Positions 10,939 through 21,665 of a stretch of 64,000 nt of DNA are shown here, one piece after another. The stretch comes from Vulcanimicrobiales bacterium. Lineage in GTDB: Bacteria; Vulcanimicrobiota; Vulcanimicrobiia; Vulcanimicrobiales; Vulcanimicrobiaceae. The position numbers and the translations under genes are program-made. Location of the stretch: contig JBBQQR010000001.1 of NCBI GenBank assembly GCA_038215615.1, positions 155,501 to 219,500 of the forward strand, written 5' to 3'. The notes under the pieces are model-generated. The model was not told the DNA's origin. It did no database searches and worked only from the letters and a program-made list of their open reading frames with translations. Every line of letters begins with the position of its first letter. The stretch's first letter is position 1.

Positions 10939-13608
10939 ATGGCAACGATCGCTACCGCTGAAAAACCGATCTGGTTTTTCGAAGAAGGCAACGGCGACAT
11001 GCGCGAGCTCCTGGGCGGAAAAGGCGCCGGGCTCGCCGAGATGACGCGCGCCGGGCTGCCGGTGCCGCCCGGATTTACGATCACCACGCAAACGTGCCTG
11101 CAGTACTACGAACTCGGGCGGCACAACCCGCCGGGACTCGACGACGGGATCAAAGCGGCGATGATCGAGCTCGAGCGGCGAACCGGTAAGGGCTTTGGCG
11201 CTCCGGCCAATCCGCTGTTGGTTTCGGTGCGCAGCGGCGCGCGGGCTTCGATGCCGGGCATGATGGACACCATTCTCAATCTCGGCCTCAACGACCAAAC
11301 GGCGGAAGGGTTAGCGAAGCTTTCCGGGAGCGATCGTTTTGCTTGGGACGCCTACCGCCGTTTCGTCATGATGTTTTCGAGCGTCGTTTTGGGGATCGAG
11401 AAAGATCTCTTTGAAGAGCAGATCACGGCGCGCAAGAGAAAACTGGGCGTCTCGACAGACCCCGAGATCGATGCGAAAAATTGGCGCGAGTTGGTCGCAG
11501 ATTTCAAGCAAACCGTTCGCGATCACGCCAAACGTGAGTTTCCGCAGGACGTGCACGAGCAACTAAAACTTGCCGTCAATTCGGTCTTCGACTCATGGTA
11601 TTCCAAACGCGCGACCGATTACCGGCGCTACAACAAGATTCCCGACGACTGGGGCACTGCCGTTAACGTTTGTTCCATGGTCTTTGGAAATCTGGGCGAC
11701 GACTCGGGCACGGGCGTTGCATTTACGCGCGACCCAAACACCGGCGCCAAGCAACTCTACGGCGAGTACCTGCGGAATGCGCAAGGCGAAGACGTGGTCG
11801 CGGGCATTCGCACCCCCGAAAAGATCGCCGATCTCGAACGCGCCCAACCCGAAGTCTATCATCAGTTTCTCGAGATTGCCGGCAAACTGGAACGCCATTA
11901 CCGCGACATGCAGGACCTCGAGTTCACGATCGAACGCGGCAAACTTTTTATGCTGCAGACGCGCAACGCCAAGCGAACCGCCGAAGCCGCGGTTAGGATC
12001 GCGATCGACATGGTGGCTGAAGACCTCATCACCAAGAACGAGGCGTTGAGCAGGGTTAGCGCGTCTTCACTCGATCAACTCTTTCACGCCCGCATCGATC
12101 CCAAAGAGAAATACGATGTCGCCTGCACGGGCTTGAACGCTTCACCCGGCGCCGCCGCCGGCCAAGTGGCCTTCGACGCGGATATCGCTGAAAAGTGGGG
12201 CGGCGAAGGCAAAGCCGTCGTGCTGGTTCGCATTGAGACCAATCCGAATGACGTGCACGGTATGTTCGCCTCCCGCGGAGTGCTAACCGCAAAAGGCGGC
12301 GCAACTTCGCATGCGGCTGTCGTTGCGCGCGGCATGGGAAAGCCGTGCGTTGCCGGCTGCGATGGTTTGCAGATCGATATGCGTAGCCGAAAGGCGACGC
12401 TGGGCGGAAACCCGATCGCGGAGGGCGATTGGATCACGATCGACGGAACGACCGGCGACGTGATCGCGAGCGGTTTAAAGCTGATCGATCCGCCCTCAAA
12501 ATTGCCCGACTGGCTGGCAACCTTCTTATCGTGGGCCGACGAGGCGCGGACGATGGAAGTGTGGGCCAACGCCGACACGCCGCAAGACGCCGTGAAGGCG
12601 CGCGAACTCGGCGCGATGGGCATCGGCCTCTGCCGCACCGAGCATATGTTCATGCAGCAAGAGCGGCTGCCGATCGTTCAGGAGATGATCCTTTCGGACA
12701 CGCACGAGGCGCGCGCGGACGCGCTGGCCAAACTCCTGCCGTTCCAGCGCGAAGATTTCCACGGCATCTTGGAAGCGATGCAAGGGCTTCCGGTAACGAT
12801 TCGCCTGCTGGATCCGCCGCTGCACGAATTCTTACCGTCGCAGGAGACGCTGCTGGTGGAAACCACCGAGCTGCGGCTGCGCGAAGGTGAAGAGTCGCCG
12901 GCCTACGGCGAAAAAATGCGCATCCTGAAACGCGTGCAGCAGATGCACGAGCAGAACCCGATGCTGGGGCTGCGAGTCTGCAGGCTGGGGATTCTGTATC
13001 CCGAGATCTACGCGATGCAAGTGCGCGCAATTTTTGAAGCCGCCTGCGACTTGAAGAAGCGCGGCGTCGACGTGCGGCCCGAAGTGATGATTCCGGGCGT
13101 CGGCACGAAGGAAGAGATGAAGTTTACGGGCGATGCCGCGCGTAGGGTTGCCGAGGAAGTCATCGCCGAACGCGGCGTCAAGGTCGATTACCACGTCGGC
13201 ACGATGATCGAACTGCCGCGGGCATGCACGGTCGCCGACGAACTGGCCGATCACGCGCAATTCTTTTCTTTCGGCACGAACGACTTGACGCAGACGACAT
13301 ACGGCTACAGTCGCGACGACGCCGAAGCGACGTTCATCCCGCGTTATCTGGAACTCAAGATCCTGGCCGACGATCCGTTTCAGGTGCTCGACCGGCAGGG
13401 CGTCGGCTCGCTGATGGTGGACGCGGTCCGCCGCGGCCGCGAGAAGCATCCCGAACTCAAGATTGGCATTTGTGGCGAACACGGCGGCGATCCGTCCAGC
13501 GTAGCCTTCTGTCATGGTTTGGGCTTGAATTACGTCTCGTGTTCGCCGTACCGCGTGCCGATCGCGCGTCTTGCCGCCGCGCAAGCCGCGCTCGGTTCGC
13601 TGAAATAG
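10939..13608 (+). CDS. ppdK: pyruvate, phosphate dikinase
   Basis: LLGGKGA, SMPGMMDT, TSHAAVVARG, GLCRTEHMF, SFGTNDLTQ and GICGEHGG. Confidence 0.97.
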   Translation: MATIATAEKPIWFFEEGNGDMRELLGGKGAGLAEMTRAGLPVPPGFTITTQTCLQYYELGRHNPPGLDDGIKAAMIELERRTGKGFGAPANPLLVSVRSGARASMPGMMDTILNLGLNDQTAEGLAKLSGSDRFAWDAYRRFVMMFSSVVLGIEKDLFEEQITARKRKLGVSTDPEIDAKNWRELVADFKQTVRDHAKREFPQDVHEQLKLAVNSVFDSWYSKRATDYRRYNKIPDDWGTAVNVCSMVFGNLGDDSGTGVAFTRDPNTGAKQLYGEYLRNAQGEDVVAGIRTPEKIADLERAQPEVYHQFLEIAGKLERHYRDMQDLEFTIERGKLFMLQTRNAKRTAEAAVRIAIDMVAEDLITKNEALSRVSASSLDQLFHARIDPKEKYDVACTGLNASPGAAAGQVAFDADIAEKWGGEGKAVVLVRIETNPNDVHGMFASRGVLTAKGGATSHAAVVARGMGKPCVAGCDGLQIDMRSRKATLGGNPIAEGDWITIDGTTGDVIASGLKLIDPPSKLPDWLATFLSWADEARTMEVWANADTPQDAVKARELGAMGIGLCRTEHMFMQQERLPIVQEMILSDTHEARADALAKLLPFQREDFHGILEAMQGLPVTIRLLDPPLHEFLPSQETLLVETTELRLREGEESPAYGEKMRILKRVQQMHEQNPMLGLRVCRLGILYPEIYAMQVRAIFEAACDLKKRGVDVRPEVMIPGVGTKEEMKFTGDAARRVAEEVIAERGVKVDYHVGTMIELPRACTVADELADHAQFFSFGTNDLTQTTYGYSRDDAEATFIPRYLELKILADDPFQVLDRQGVGSLMVDAVRRGREKHPELKIGICGEHGGDPSSVAFCHGLGLNYVSCSPYRVPIARLAAAQAALGSLK

Positions 13609-13615
13609 GAGCGAC

Positions 13616-15313
13616 GTGCGCGCAGTAAGTGTCGTTCTTGCGGCCATTGGGATACCGATTGCGCTGCTTCTGCTGATCGCGCCCGTGACGTGGGGCTACG
13701 GTGGATTGACGACCAAGGTGAAGGCCGGCGCCACGGCGGCAGACACGACCTACACGGTGCGCAATGTTGATCCCAACGGCCCGGCGGCGCGTTCGGGACT
13801 GCGAACCGGCAGTGTATTCAGCATCCCCTACGCGGACAGAGTGACCTGGAATACCGGGCGCGTTGGCGACTCGTTGACTGTATTCATAATGAGTGGGGGC
13901 AAGGCGCAGCCCATTAGACTGACGTGGGCGCGATTTACTCCCCTGCTCGCTGCGATCGAGCAATGGCGAAAAACGGGCTACGCAATCACCGCACTCTTGG
14001 CATTCGCGCTCGCGCTTTTGGTGGGAATGCGCGCGCGCGATTCCCGCTTGGGGTCGCTGGCAACGTTCGTCTTACTGCTGCTTGGATGGAGGGCAGTCGC
14101 GGGCGCAACGACGCTCGGCGCGCCGACCGCAGCGCTGGCGGAAAGCGCTCAATATGTCGCCTGGTTTACGGATGGCGTCATTTTGGCCGCAATGCTATTT
14201 TTGCTTGGCACGTTTCCACCGAATCCAGGTCCGGTCAGGCGCGCGCTTCAATACGCGGCGGTTCCGGCCGGCATGCTCGTCTGGCTTGCGTTGACCGTGC
14301 CTTGGGTGGCGCTGTACATCCCGCTCACATTAGCGCAGCAGTTTAGGGCGGCCGTCGGAAACAATGGGATTCTCAGCGCCGGTTTGCTGCAGCTGCTGCT
14401 TGTCGCAGCCTGTATCGATGCGCTCGTACGCGCGCCCCTGACGTACCGTGCCGCGACGCGATGGCTGGCCGGATCGTGGCTTGTCGCCGCCTCGCTGGCA
14501 GCGGCGTACGGCGTGGCTTACGACTTACTCGTGGGCACTTTTGGTTTCCATTCTGTGGACCCATTGCCGTTTGTTGCCAATATTCTGTTCGCTTTTGGTA
14601 TTTCGTATCCAATTCTGCGTCACCGTCTGACCGATCTGAACATCTTCGTAACGCGCGCGACTATCTACGGCGTCGTGCTAATCGTCATCGTAGCGCTCTT
14701 CGCGCTCGCCGAATGGCTCGTCGGTCGTCTCTTCGAACATGCGCCGCAATTCGTCGCCCTGATCATTGTCCTGGTTCTCGGCATTTCAGTGCGGTGGATC
14801 CACGCGTTCGTCGAAAACCGGCTGACGGCAATTGTCTTTCACAAACGGATTGCCGGCCTGAACGATATCCGCCGTGTCGCGCGTGAAGCCGACATAGCGA
14901 CGGATTCACACGCACTGCTGCAAGTGGCGTGCTCTACCATGCATCGAGGTCTCGATATTTCCGCGGTTGGCTTTTATCTGCGCGATGGAAATGAATACGT
15001 GTCGCTTCGCGCGGCCGGCGATGTCCCGTGGCCTGACCACTTTGACATGAATAGCGCGTTGCTGCTGCGCCTGCGCCGCTGGAACGAACCGTTCGAGACG
15101 CTCGACGCCGGAGGCGGACACCAAACGCTCGTCTTGCCGATGAGCGCGCGCGGAGCGCTGGTCGGTTTCGTTTGCTGCGGGCCCAAAGCCGACCACACGG
15201 CGTACCTTCAAGACGAAATTGACGCGCTCGCCTATCTTTCAACAGAAGTCGGCGTCGCCTGGGCGTGGCTTTCACAAGAGCCCGTTACCCTGCCGTCGTT
15301 TTCCTCCGCCTAG
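13616..15313 (+). CDS. multi-TM sensor-like protein: PDZ-like N-terminal domain, C-terminal GAF domain
   Basis: AGGAG before GTG. VRNVDPNGPAARSGLRTG is PDZ-like, followed by about 9 TMs and a GAF tail shared with 1..662. Confidence 0.75.
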   Translation: MRAVSVVLAAIGIPIALLLLIAPVTWGYGGLTTKVKAGATAADTTYTVRNVDPNGPAARSGLRTGSVFSIPYADRVTWNTGRVGDSLTVFIMSGGKAQPIRLTWARFTPLLAAIEQWRKTGYAITALLAFALALLVGMRARDSRLGSLATFVLLLLGWRAVAGATTLGAPTAALAESAQYVAWFTDGVILAAMLFLLGTFPPNPGPVRRALQYAAVPAGMLVWLALTVPWVALYIPLTLAQQFRAAVGNNGILSAGLLQLLLVAACIDALVRAPLTYRAATRWLAGSWLVAASLAAAYGVAYDLLVGTFGFHSVDPLPFVANILFAFGISYPILRHRLTDLNIFVTRATIYGVVLIVIVALFALAEWLVGRLFEHAPQFVALIIVLVLGISVRWIHAFVENRLTAIVFHKRIAGLNDIRRVAREADIATDSHALLQVACSTMHRGLDISAVGFYLRDGNEYVSLRAAGDVPWPDHFDMNSALLLRLRRWNEPFETLDAGGGHQTLVLPMSARGALVGFVCCGPKADHTAYLQDEIDALAYLSTEVGVAWAWLSQEPVTLPSFSSA

Positions 15314-15317
15314 CTAG

Positions 15318-17807
15318 TTACTTCCCCCGGTCTTTCAGATCGGAAATCGCATCCCAGGCGGCGTTGCGGACGCCGGGCTCGGTGTCACGAGCTTCGACGA
15401 TCTGCAGCGCCGGGATTGCGCTCTTCTGGTTGAGCCGCCCGAGCGCGCGCACGGCTGAGGACCGCGCGCGAAAGTACGGATCGTGTTGGGCGATCTCGAT
15501 GAGGTAGTTTTCCACTAACACGGGTTGTTTTTTTGCGATTGTCGCGAGCGCCGAGATTGCGTCGACGCGTTCGCTTTCGTTCTGCCCGTACGCAGCGCGG
15601 ATCTTCATGAGCGGGATGGCGCGCATGTCGCCGAGGCTCGCAAACCCGAGCAGCGCGCCGCTCGCGATCGGTTCGCGGAAGGCGTGACGGTAGAGTCCCG
15701 CCAGGAGAAGTTGCCACGCCGCGGGTGCCTTCGTTGCACCCAGGCCGCGCAGCGCGGCGCCGGCGATGAGCGCATTCGACGACGCCGAGAGCGTTTTGAG
15801 GTCGCTTTCGAGCGCTGCGTTGGACGGATGGTCGAGATTTTCGACTTCGTTTGCCGCCGCGATGACAACGCGCGGATCGTTGTCGTGCAGCGCCAGGCGA
15901 ACGGTTTCGGCGTCGTCGAGCGCCCCGGCGGCATCGAGCGCGTCAACGCGCACGCCGTAGAAAGGATCGGCCGTCACGACTTGACGCACGAATCCGGCCG
16001 CTGCCGGTTTGTCTTTGGTTGCGGCCTTGCCGAGGTTGGCCGCAGCCCACAGCCGGTCGCCGACGTAGGGAGCGTGAATGGCTTGATAGCCGAGATCGGC
16101 CACCGGCTTATCGTAGTCGAGCCCGCGCAGTACGTTGTTGTTGTAATCGAAAAGCACCATCACCGGCTGCGAGATCACGTTAGGAATGGTTACAACCTGA
16201 TGATTGGCGTTTGCCGTCATGTGCGCGATGTTGGCTGCGCCGCCCGGCAGCGCGTTGCTTGTAGAACCGGCGATCCAAACGCCGATATCGACCGGCATAC
16301 GGAAGGGTTTTCCATCGTGGTTTTTCTGAGTGACGTCCAGCGTTAGCGTGTGCGCGGTGGCGTCGTAGGTTTGTTTCACGGCGAAATACGGATAGGCCGG
16401 CCGGTAAAACCACTCGTTTTCGAACCAGTCCAGGTTTTCGCCCAGCGATTTTTCGATCGCGACGAAGAATTGGTGCGTGTCCGCGTTCTTGTGCTGATAG
16501 GCCAGCAAGTAATCGCGCAGCGCGTGGAAGAAGCGCGCGTCGCCGTACATCCAGTGCAGCATGTGCAGCACTTGGCCGGGACGCGGATAGCCGCTGGAAT
16601 CGAATGAGTCCATCGCATTGGCATATGTGTACTCGACGATCGGGCGCCAATAGCGCTTGGTTTCGTTAAAGTACGCTTGTTGTGCGCGGTAGCGCTGATA
16701 TTGGAATTCGGCCTCGCCGAAATGATGCTGGAACCACAACTCCTGGAAGTAGGTGGCATAGCCTTCGTTGATCCAAACGTTGGCCCAATCCGACATCGTC
16801 ACGTCGTCGCCCCACCATTGGTGCGCGAGCTCGTGCGAGACCAAACCATCGCAGGATTTTTCAATCTCGTACTGCGGCTGATGAATCGCGAGTTCGGTCT
16901 GCGTAGTCGCTGACGCGTTCTCCATGCCGCCCGCGGTGAAGCGTTCGACTGCAGTTTGGTCGTATTTTGACCACGGATACGCAACGCCGATGATCTTTTG
17001 AAAATACGCAACCATTTGGTTGGTGCGCCCGAAGCACTGCGGTCCCCATTTCGCGTCGGCTTGCGAAGTGAAGAAGTCGACAGGCGTGCTCTGCATCGTT
17101 GTATGGAACTTGGTGTACGGCCCGGCGCTGAAGGCGATCAGATACGTCGAAATCGGCGCGGGCTCAACCCAATCCCACGTGTTTCCCGAGGCATTGGATT
17201 TGAACGCCTTCAGCATTCCGTTGGCTTGCACGCGCCAACCGTTTTGCACGGTGACGATCTGCTCGACGGGCGTTTTTTGGTTCGGCTCATCCCAAGTCGG
17301 CAGCCATAGCCGGTTGTCTTCAGATTCTCCCTGCGACCAAATCTCGGGCTGGTAGTTGGGATAGAATTTGTCAGGCCGTATGAAATAAATGCCGCGCGAG
17401 GGCGTAACGCTGTACTTTGTCTCGATAGCCAGCGTATCGGAGGCTTTGGCGGGCTTGGGCAAATTGACGTACAAGTGATCGGCGGTTACGTTATAGCGAA
17501 CCGGGACACCATTTACGGTGACGCTCGAAAATTGGAGTCCCACGCTGTTGAAAGGCACGGACGATAATCCGTTCGCCTTGGGTGAGATGACGTTGGTGAC
17601 GTCGCCGTAGACGATGCCCCCAGCGAAATTGAAATTGAGCTTAATCAGTATGTTGTGAAAGCGGTACGGCGCTATTTCCGTCTTATGGTAAAAGGCTTTT
17701 CCGCGGCCGTAGGGGCGCGGATGGACTCGCGGCGGCGGCGCCGCAATCGCGGCAATAAAAACGATTCCCAACAGCGCGGCTATGGCCGCGCGCCCTGCAT
17801 TCTTCAT
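15318..17807 (-). CDS. M1 aminopeptidase with signal peptide and C-terminal HEAT repeats
   Basis: MKNAGRAAIAALLG signal, GGMEN, HELAH...NEG and HEAT-like repeats. Confidence 0.92.
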   Translation of the reverse strand: MKNAGRAAIAALLGIVFIAAIAAPPPRVHPRPYGRGKAFYHKTEIAPYRFHNILIKLNFNFAGGIVYGDVTNVISPKANGLSSVPFNSVGLQFSSVTVNGVPVRYNVTADHLYVNLPKPAKASDTLAIETKYSVTPSRGIYFIRPDKFYPNYQPEIWSQGESEDNRLWLPTWDEPNQKTPVEQIVTVQNGWRVQANGMLKAFKSNASGNTWDWVEPAPISTYLIAFSAGPYTKFHTTMQSTPVDFFTSQADAKWGPQCFGRTNQMVAYFQKIIGVAYPWSKYDQTAVERFTAGGMENASATTQTELAIHQPQYEIEKSCDGLVSHELAHQWWGDDVTMSDWANVWINEGYATYFQELWFQHHFGEAEFQYQRYRAQQAYFNETKRYWRPIVEYTYANAMDSFDSSGYPRPGQVLHMLHWMYGDARFFHALRDYLLAYQHKNADTHQFFVAIEKSLGENLDWFENEWFYRPAYPYFAVKQTYDATAHTLTLDVTQKNHDGKPFRMPVDIGVWIAGSTSNALPGGAANIAHMTANANHQVVTIPNVISQPVMVLFDYNNNVLRGLDYDKPVADLGYQAIHAPYVGDRLWAAANLGKAATKDKPAAAGFVRQVVTADPFYGVRVDALDAAGALDDAETVRLALHDNDPRVVIAAANEVENLDHPSNAALESDLKTLSASSNALIAGAALRGLGATKAPAAWQLLLAGLYRHAFREPIASGALLGFASLGDMRAIPLMKIRAAYGQNESERVDAISALATIAKKQPVLVENYLIEIAQHDPYFRARSSAVRALGRLNQKSAIPALQIVEARDTEPGVRNAAWDAISDLKDRGK

Positions 17808-17821
17808 CCCGGGAGGTTGTG

Positions 17822-18595
17822 CTAGGGCTTCGGGCTTTCCCTCGTGGAGTCGCTCAGGCAGGCGACAATCGTTTCGATAACGCGTTTGGTCTCGTTGGGA
17901 TCGTGGACCGCAATGCAAACGGCGCCGGTTTCGCGCGCCGGGTAATCGTTGCCGCCCGGAAACAGGGCGTCGCCGACGTAGATCATCTCGTCGATCTCTA
18001 TTTCGAGAATGTCGCGCAGTTTCCGAATCCCGTAGGCCTTGTCGATGCCCGGTTTCGTGACGTCGATCGAAGTCGTGCCGCCCATGTGAACGGAAAAGTT
18101 CGGCAGCATCGGGTCGAGTAGCGCTTTGATCGCTTTACGCTTACTGAAATCCGGGTCCCATTTTTCTTTCGCTTCTAGTGGAGCTTGCTGCCCGAGCGCG
18201 GAGTAAGTGATCTGGCTTCCGCGATCCTCGATCGTCTCACCCCATACCTGGGCAACCGCAAAGCCTGAAGCGGCGACCGCCTTTTTTAGCGAATCGATGA
18301 TCGTCGCTTTTTCGGCACCGGTGAAGTCTTCAGCATAGAGAAGTTGCCAGCCGGCGTCTTTGTATTGATAGAATCTCGTTCCACAGGTCGGCAGCAGCGA
18401 CAGTTTGGCCAGCGGTGCATTTTTGGGCAGATTTGCGACCAGCTGGGTTTCGAATTGCGGGAAGCCGCCGCCGGAAATAATAGCGACCTGAACGACATTG
18501 AGCAGCGCTCCAAGCAGCGCGCTCATTTCAGCGTCGATTGCCGACTTGCTCGGCGCCAGGGTGCCGTCGAGATCGAAAACGATGAGTTTTTTCAC
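17822..18595 (-). CDS. HAD-IIB hydrolase (phosphomannomutase-like)
   Basis: FDLDGTL, EDRGSQIT, GGTTSIDV, DKAYG and GD...GGND. Confidence 0.88.
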   Translation of the reverse strand: MKKLIVFDLDGTLAPSKSAIDAEMSALLGALLNVVQVAIISGGGFPQFETQLVANLPKNAPLAKLSLLPTCGTRFYQYKDAGWQLLYAEDFTGAEKATIIDSLKKAVAASGFAVAQVWGETIEDRGSQITYSALGQQAPLEAKEKWDPDFSKRKAIKALLDPMLPNFSVHMGGTTSIDVTKPGIDKAYGIRKLRDILEIEIDEMIYVGDALFPGGNDYPARETGAVCIAVHDPNETKRVIETIVACLSDSTRESPKP

Positions 18596-19797
18596 GTACC
18601 CGTAGCCTCCCGGCAGATGCGGCGCGCCTCGGCGACGTCGACGCGCGCGCGCTCGACGAAGAGTTTGCGCCAGTAGGCTTTGCCGGAAAGCTTTGCGATC
18701 AGATCCGACGCCTCACGTGCATCGACGACCGCGCCCGAACCCGTGCTCACCCAGATCGTCGGCGCTTTCGGATCGGCCTGCAGCGGCAAGCGGTGCAAGA
18801 GTTGCGACTGCTCGTCGGCCCATACGGCGTCGCCGTAGGCCTTCCTTAGCGCCTTCTCGCAGCGCTCGAACGCTTTTAAGTCGCGCTCGGCGTTGAACTC
18901 GGCCGCGAGTGCGTAGAGGCGGACGCGTTCGCGCAGCGCGCGCGCCGGAATCGAATCGCGGTCGCGCAATTCGTTGAGCACGCGAAAATCGTCCCAACGC
19001 AAGAATTCGTCGATTGGGTCGAGCAGGCGTGGATCCGGCCACAGCTCTCGCAGCGCGTCTTGCAAAATCCGCTCGAACATGCGCGTCGTGTGGTGAAAGT
19101 AGACAGAGGCGAACATCATGTAGCGCGCCAGCAAGAACGACTCCAGCGCCACGACGCCGCGCCGGTCGATTCCGAGCACGGAACGGCCTTCGACTTGGAA
19201 GATGCGCAGCGACCCCAAGAGCTGGTCGGCGTCGTATTTGCCGCCTGCGACGCCGGTGAAATATGCGTCGCGCTGCAAATAGTCCATGCGATCCGCATCC
19301 AGGTTCGGGCCGCTCACAATCTCCGCCAGTACGAGAAACTGCGACTGACCTTGGCCTAAGATAAGGTCGGCGACGTGTTGAGAGTCAACGTCGATGTCAG
19401 CGAGGTGCGCCTGAATCTCGGGACGCGCCAAAATCGCGAGCGTGCGATCTTCGTGGCGAACGCCCACGACGGCCTCGCACGCGTGACTGAACGGTCCGTG
19501 GCCCACGTCGTGCAGAATGAGCGCGGCGCGCACCAGGCGGCGCTGATACGCAACGTCGTCTTCGTCGGTAAAAAATTGGCGGCCGTGATGCAGCAGCTCG
19601 TCGAAGGCGCGCGTTCCCACCGCGAGCGCGCCGAGGGCGTGGCTGAAGCGCGAATGTTCCGCCGACGGGAACGCCAGGTAAGCCAATCCGAGCTGGCGCA
19701 GCCGCCGCAGGCGCTGCAGCGCCGGCGTGTCCAACAAGCGGGCCTCGGCGGGCTCCAGCTCGATGAAATGGTGGACGGGATCGTATATCCGCTTCAT
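18592..19797 (-). CDS. HD-domain phosphohydrolase (SAMHD1/YwfO-like dNTPase family)
   Basis: QRLRRLRQLG, HSRFSHALG, LHDVGHGPFSH and DADRMDYLQRD. Confidence 0.9.
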   Translation of the reverse strand: MKRIYDPVHHFIELEPAEARLLDTPALQRLRRLRQLGLAYLAFPSAEHSRFSHALGALAVGTRAFDELLHHGRQFFTDEDDVAYQRRLVRAALILHDVGHGPFSHACEAVVGVRHEDRTLAILARPEIQAHLADIDVDSQHVADLILGQGQSQFLVLAEIVSGPNLDADRMDYLQRDAYFTGVAGGKYDADQLLGSLRIFQVEGRSVLGIDRRGVVALESFLLARYMMFASVYFHHTTRMFERILQDALRELWPDPRLLDPIDEFLRWDDFRVLNELRDRDSIPARALRERVRLYALAAEFNAERDLKAFERCEKALRKAYGDAVWADEQSQLLHRLPLQADPKAPTIWVSTGSGAVVDAREASDLIAKLSGKAYWRKLFVERARVDVAEARRICREATGT

Positions 19798-19862
19798 TTG
19801 AATACTGTTTGCGAGTTCTGCGGCAGCGGCGGAGACTCCGGCGGGGCGGCGAAGATGCGCTG

Positions 19863-21665
19863 ATGCCTGTGGACGACGGCACGATCCGCGAGATAAAAGC
19901 GCGCATCGACATCGCAAGTTACATCGGATCGCACGTTCAGCTGCGCAAGCGCGGAAACGATCTCGTCGGTTTGTGTCCTTTTCATGCCGAGAAGACTCCG
20001 TCGTTTCACGTTCATCCCGACAAAGGCTTTTTCAAGTGCTTCGGCTGCGGCGCCGGCGGCGACGTCATCACATTTGCCCAGCTGCATGAGAATCTGACGT
20101 TCCCCGATGCAAAACAGATGCTGGCGCAGCGCGCCGGCGTTGAATTGGAACCGCAAAATCCGCAGGCCGCGCGTGCCCGCAACGAGCGCGAGGCGATTTA
20201 CGACGCCAACCGGATTGCGGTCGCGTTTTTTGAACGCATGCTGCGCGAGCCGGCCGGCGCCAAGGCGCGCGTTTACTGCGAGAAGCGCGGCCTCTCGGAA
20301 GCTACCATCGAAAAATTCCACCTCGGCTATGCTCCTGATGAGTGGGAGGGGCTAACGCGCGAACTCGCCCGCAACAACGTCGAAGCGGTTCTGGCTGAAA
20401 AAGCGGGGCTTCTCAAACGGGGCGAGCGCGGCTACTACGATTTCTATCGCGACCGGCTCATCGTGCCGACCTATTCCACGACCGGCGAAGCCATCGCGTT
20501 CGGCGGACGCCTGCTGCACGACGGCGAGCCGAAGTACATCAACACGACGACAACGCCCGTCTACGAGAAAGGCCGTCACCTCTTCGCACTCAATGTCGCG
20601 CGGCGCGCCGCCTCGCACGATCGCGCGCTGATCGTGGTCGAAGGCTACCTGGATTGCATCGCGCTGCATCAAGCCGGATTCGAAAACGCCGTCGCCGCGC
20701 TCGGCACGTCGTTCACGCAAGACCAGGCCAAGGAATTGCGCAAATATGCCGACGGAATTTTTCTGTGCTTCGATGCCGATGCCGCGGGAAATGCAGCTGC
20801 GGCCAAAGCGATAGAAACGGCCGCGCAAGTTATCGAACATGCCGGCTCCGGCGTTCGCATCGTCGAGTTGCCGGCGGGATCCGATCCGGACGGCTTCGTG
20901 CGCGAGCGCGGTCCCCAAGCGTTCGCGGAGCTGCTCAAGAACGCCAAGCCGGCGATCGAGTTCCGGTTGGAAGGCGAAGTCGCGCGCCTTCAAACGGGAT
21001 TCCATTCTCCGGCGGCGATTGCGCGCGAAGCCGAAGCCCTGATCCGGCGGCTCATTCCGGCGCCCGAATGGGACCGGTGGCGCGTCTGGATCGCCCAGCG
21101 CCTGCACTTGAATGTCGACGACCTGCGCAACAGCCGCTTTCTTGCCAACAGCGCGAACTTCGGGCCGCGCCAACTTCCGGTTACCGGGCACCGCTCGCGC
21201 TCGGTTGTCCCGTCTTCGTTCGAGCGCGACGTTCTCGCCATCATCGTTGAAGAGCCGGCGCTGCTACGCGATTTTCGGGATCGGATTCCGCAGGCGCGCT
21301 TCCGGAACGACGTCTACCGGCGGATTTACGAGCGGCTGGCGAGCAACGCCGAGGGGCTGGAGAGCACGACCGACGTCTTCACGCTCTTCGGTGACGACAG
21401 TGAAACCCTCGAGCTCCTTTCCGGGTTGAGTCAGCGGGACCGGAGCTCCACCCTGGCCTATACGGACTCCGACGCCCGGCGAGCGCATTTGGAGCGGGTG
21501 GTCGAACGGCTGCAGCTCGATGACGAGCGCGAACGTTATCGCGAACTTTCCCTAAAGATAGATGAACTTGCGACGGCCGGGCAAAACATTAGCACGGAAT
21601 TGCGCGGCGAGTACGATTTGCTCGTTGCCAAACTAAAAAACAAAAAGGAGGTGAAAGTAAAATAA
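19863..21665 (+). CDS. dnaG: DNA primase
   Basis: CPFH...CFGC zinc finger, FGGR, PKYIN, VEGYLD and FDADAAG. Confidence 0.96.
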   Translation: MPVDDGTIREIKARIDIASYIGSHVQLRKRGNDLVGLCPFHAEKTPSFHVHPDKGFFKCFGCGAGGDVITFAQLHENLTFPDAKQMLAQRAGVELEPQNPQAARARNEREAIYDANRIAVAFFERMLREPAGAKARVYCEKRGLSEATIEKFHLGYAPDEWEGLTRELARNNVEAVLAEKAGLLKRGERGYYDFYRDRLIVPTYSTTGEAIAFGGRLLHDGEPKYINTTTTPVYEKGRHLFALNVARRAASHDRALIVVEGYLDCIALHQAGFENAVAALGTSFTQDQAKELRKYADGIFLCFDADAAGNAAAAKAIETAAQVIEHAGSGVRIVELPAGSDPDGFVRERGPQAFAELLKNAKPAIEFRLEGEVARLQTGFHSPAAIAREAEALIRRLIPAPEWDRWRVWIAQRLHLNVDDLRNSRFLANSANFGPRQLPVTGHRSRSVVPSSFERDVLAIIVEEPALLRDFRDRIPQARFRNDVYRRIYERLASNAEGLESTTDVFTLFGDDSETLELLSGLSQRDRSSTLAYTDSDARRAHLERVVERLQLDDERERYRELSLKIDELATAGQNISTELRGEYDLLVAKLKNKKEVKVK

